A stretch of 58,887 bases of DNA, taken from Treponema sp. GTDB lineage: Bacteria > Spirochaetota > Spirochaetia > Treponematales > Treponemataceae. The first letter of the stretch is position 1, and every line of letters begins with the position of its first letter. Where the stretch lies: assembly GCA_045534325.1 (NCBI GenBank), contig JAZSJM010000037.1:1-58887 (forward strand). The letters are read 5' to 3'. The translations under genes and the position numbers were made by a program. The notes under the pieces are model-generated. The model was not told where the DNA came from. It ran no database searches and was given only the letters and a program-made list of their open reading frames with translations. Shown piece by piece: positions 57,840 through 58,887 of the stretch.

Positions 57840-57926
57840 AAGAGAAAATCTATTTTATTTTTTTATTACGGTCAATTCCTTTTTTGTGCGAATATTAACG
57901 CAATAAATTTAGGAGGTATGATAAAG

Positions 57927-58739
57927 ATGAAAAATTACTTGAAAAATAAATCATTTATTGTCGGTTTATCTTTTTTCTGCTTTATTCTTCTGATTATGAT
58001 TGCAGGAATTATCCATCTGCCTTATGACCCTATATCTACGGATTCTCATTCAAAACTTCTTGGATTTTCATTATCACACCCTCTGGGAACAGACAATCTC
58101 GGGCGCGACATGCTTAGCAGGATTATGGTTGGAATCCGCATTTCTGTTGGAATCGGGGTGATTGTTATGCTTTGTGGTCTTATAACTGGAATTGTTCTTG
58201 GTTCGGTTTCAGGATGGTTCGGAGGATTTTTTGATTTAATAATCATGAAATTAATTAGCACACAGATGTCTTTTCCCGGCATTCTTCTTGCTTTAATCTT
58301 AATTGCTGTCTTTGAACCAGACCTTAAAATTACAGTTTTTGCCCTTTATTTAATGAGTATTCCCCGTTTTACTCGAATTTGTCGTTCAGGATATATAAAA
58401 TATAAAAATTCACTTTTTGTACTTTCTGCAAAAGCCCGCGGAGCAGGAAATTTAAGGATTATGTATCTTCATATTCTGCCAAATCTTACAGGAGAACTTA
58501 TCGTTACTTCTACTATTTCTTTTTCAATGGCAATTTTAAGTGAATCCGGTTTAAGCTATTTAGGGTTGGGAGTCCGCCCTCCATATCCTAGTTTTGGCAG
58601 AATGTTAAACGATGCCCAGCATTATATTTTTACAAATCCTGAAGGAGTTTTATTTCCCCTGTTCTTTTTAACAATTCTTATTTTTGGTTTAAACTTGATG
58701 GGAGAAGGTATTTCTGAAGTAAATAATAAAAACACATGA
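57927..58739 (+). CDS. OppC/DppC-type ABC permease
   Basis: HPLGTDNLGRD, HILPN, ESGLSYLGLG; AGGAGG RBS at 57911. Confidence 0.92.
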   Translation: MKNYLKNKSFIVGLSFFCFILLIMIAGIIHLPYDPISTDSHSKLLGFSLSHPLGTDNLGRDMLSRIMVGIRISVGIGVIVMLCGLITGIVLGSVSGWFGGFFDLIIMKLISTQMSFPGILLALILIAVFEPDLKITVFALYLMSIPRFTRICRSGYIKYKNSLFVLSAKARGAGNLRIMYLHILPNLTGELIVTSTISFSMAILSESGLSYLGLGVRPPYPSFGRMLNDAQHYIFTNPEGVLFPLFFLTILIFGLNLMGEGISEVNNKNT

Positions 58740-58887
58740 AAGAAATATTAAACATTAAAAATTTATCTGTAGAATTCTCATCTTTTAAGGCTGTTTCGAA
58801 CATAAATCTAAAAGTGAACGAAGGCGAATTTGTAGCTTTAATCGGTGAATCAGGCTCAGGAAAAACAATCACCTCTTTGAGCATTAT
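58736..58887 (+). CDS. OppD/DppD-type ABC ATPase (partial, runs off the window)
   Basis: ATGA overlap with the oppC-like gene; MKEILNIKNLSVEF...IGESGSGKT Walker A. Confidence 0.85.
   Translation, partial: MKEILNIKNLSVEFSSFKAVSNINLKVNEGEFVALIGESGSGKTITSLSI

Noticed and set aside
1-58887. CRISPR array, rRNA, tRNA, IS transposase or integrase
   Set aside because: I saw no regularly spaced direct repeats, cloverleaf or rRNA-like sequence, or transposase motifs.

Overview
An AT-rich, gene-dense bacterial chromosome segment. It is most likely from a gut or rumen Treponema (spirochaetal lipoboxes, outer-membrane barrels, pectin genes); this assignment is my inference. It holds about 45 CDS. Pectin/uronate genes: two CE8 pectin methylesterases, a LacI-AraC hybrid regulator, a PL7-like lyase, and a TRAP transporter with a GntR regulator. 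Also present: a DUF4160/DUF2442 toxin-antitoxin-like pair, a Fur/Zur-COG0523-ZnuA zinc locus, scattered aryl-polyene-like type II FAS/PKS genes, housekeeping genes (tex, dxs, malic enzyme, ettA, argC, adhE, htpG, trkAH), and a coaX-Opp ABC locus interrupted by an antisense coaC. I found no rRNA, tRNA, CRISPR array or transposase. Most interesting signals: (1) a small His/Cys membrane ORF whose last codon and stop pair over 12+3 bp with the RBS and start codon of the downstream zinc chaperone, the layout of a metal-sensing ribosome-arrest leader but without the known RAPP motif; (2) eight copies of a modular, covarying, strand-specific GC-rich structured element (Flavo-1/REP-like); (3) a pan-like double-bulge hairpin heading coaX (GADR->GADL) linked to an ABC importer; (4) many apparently leaderless genes. 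All calls come from reading the sequence by eye; no searches were run.
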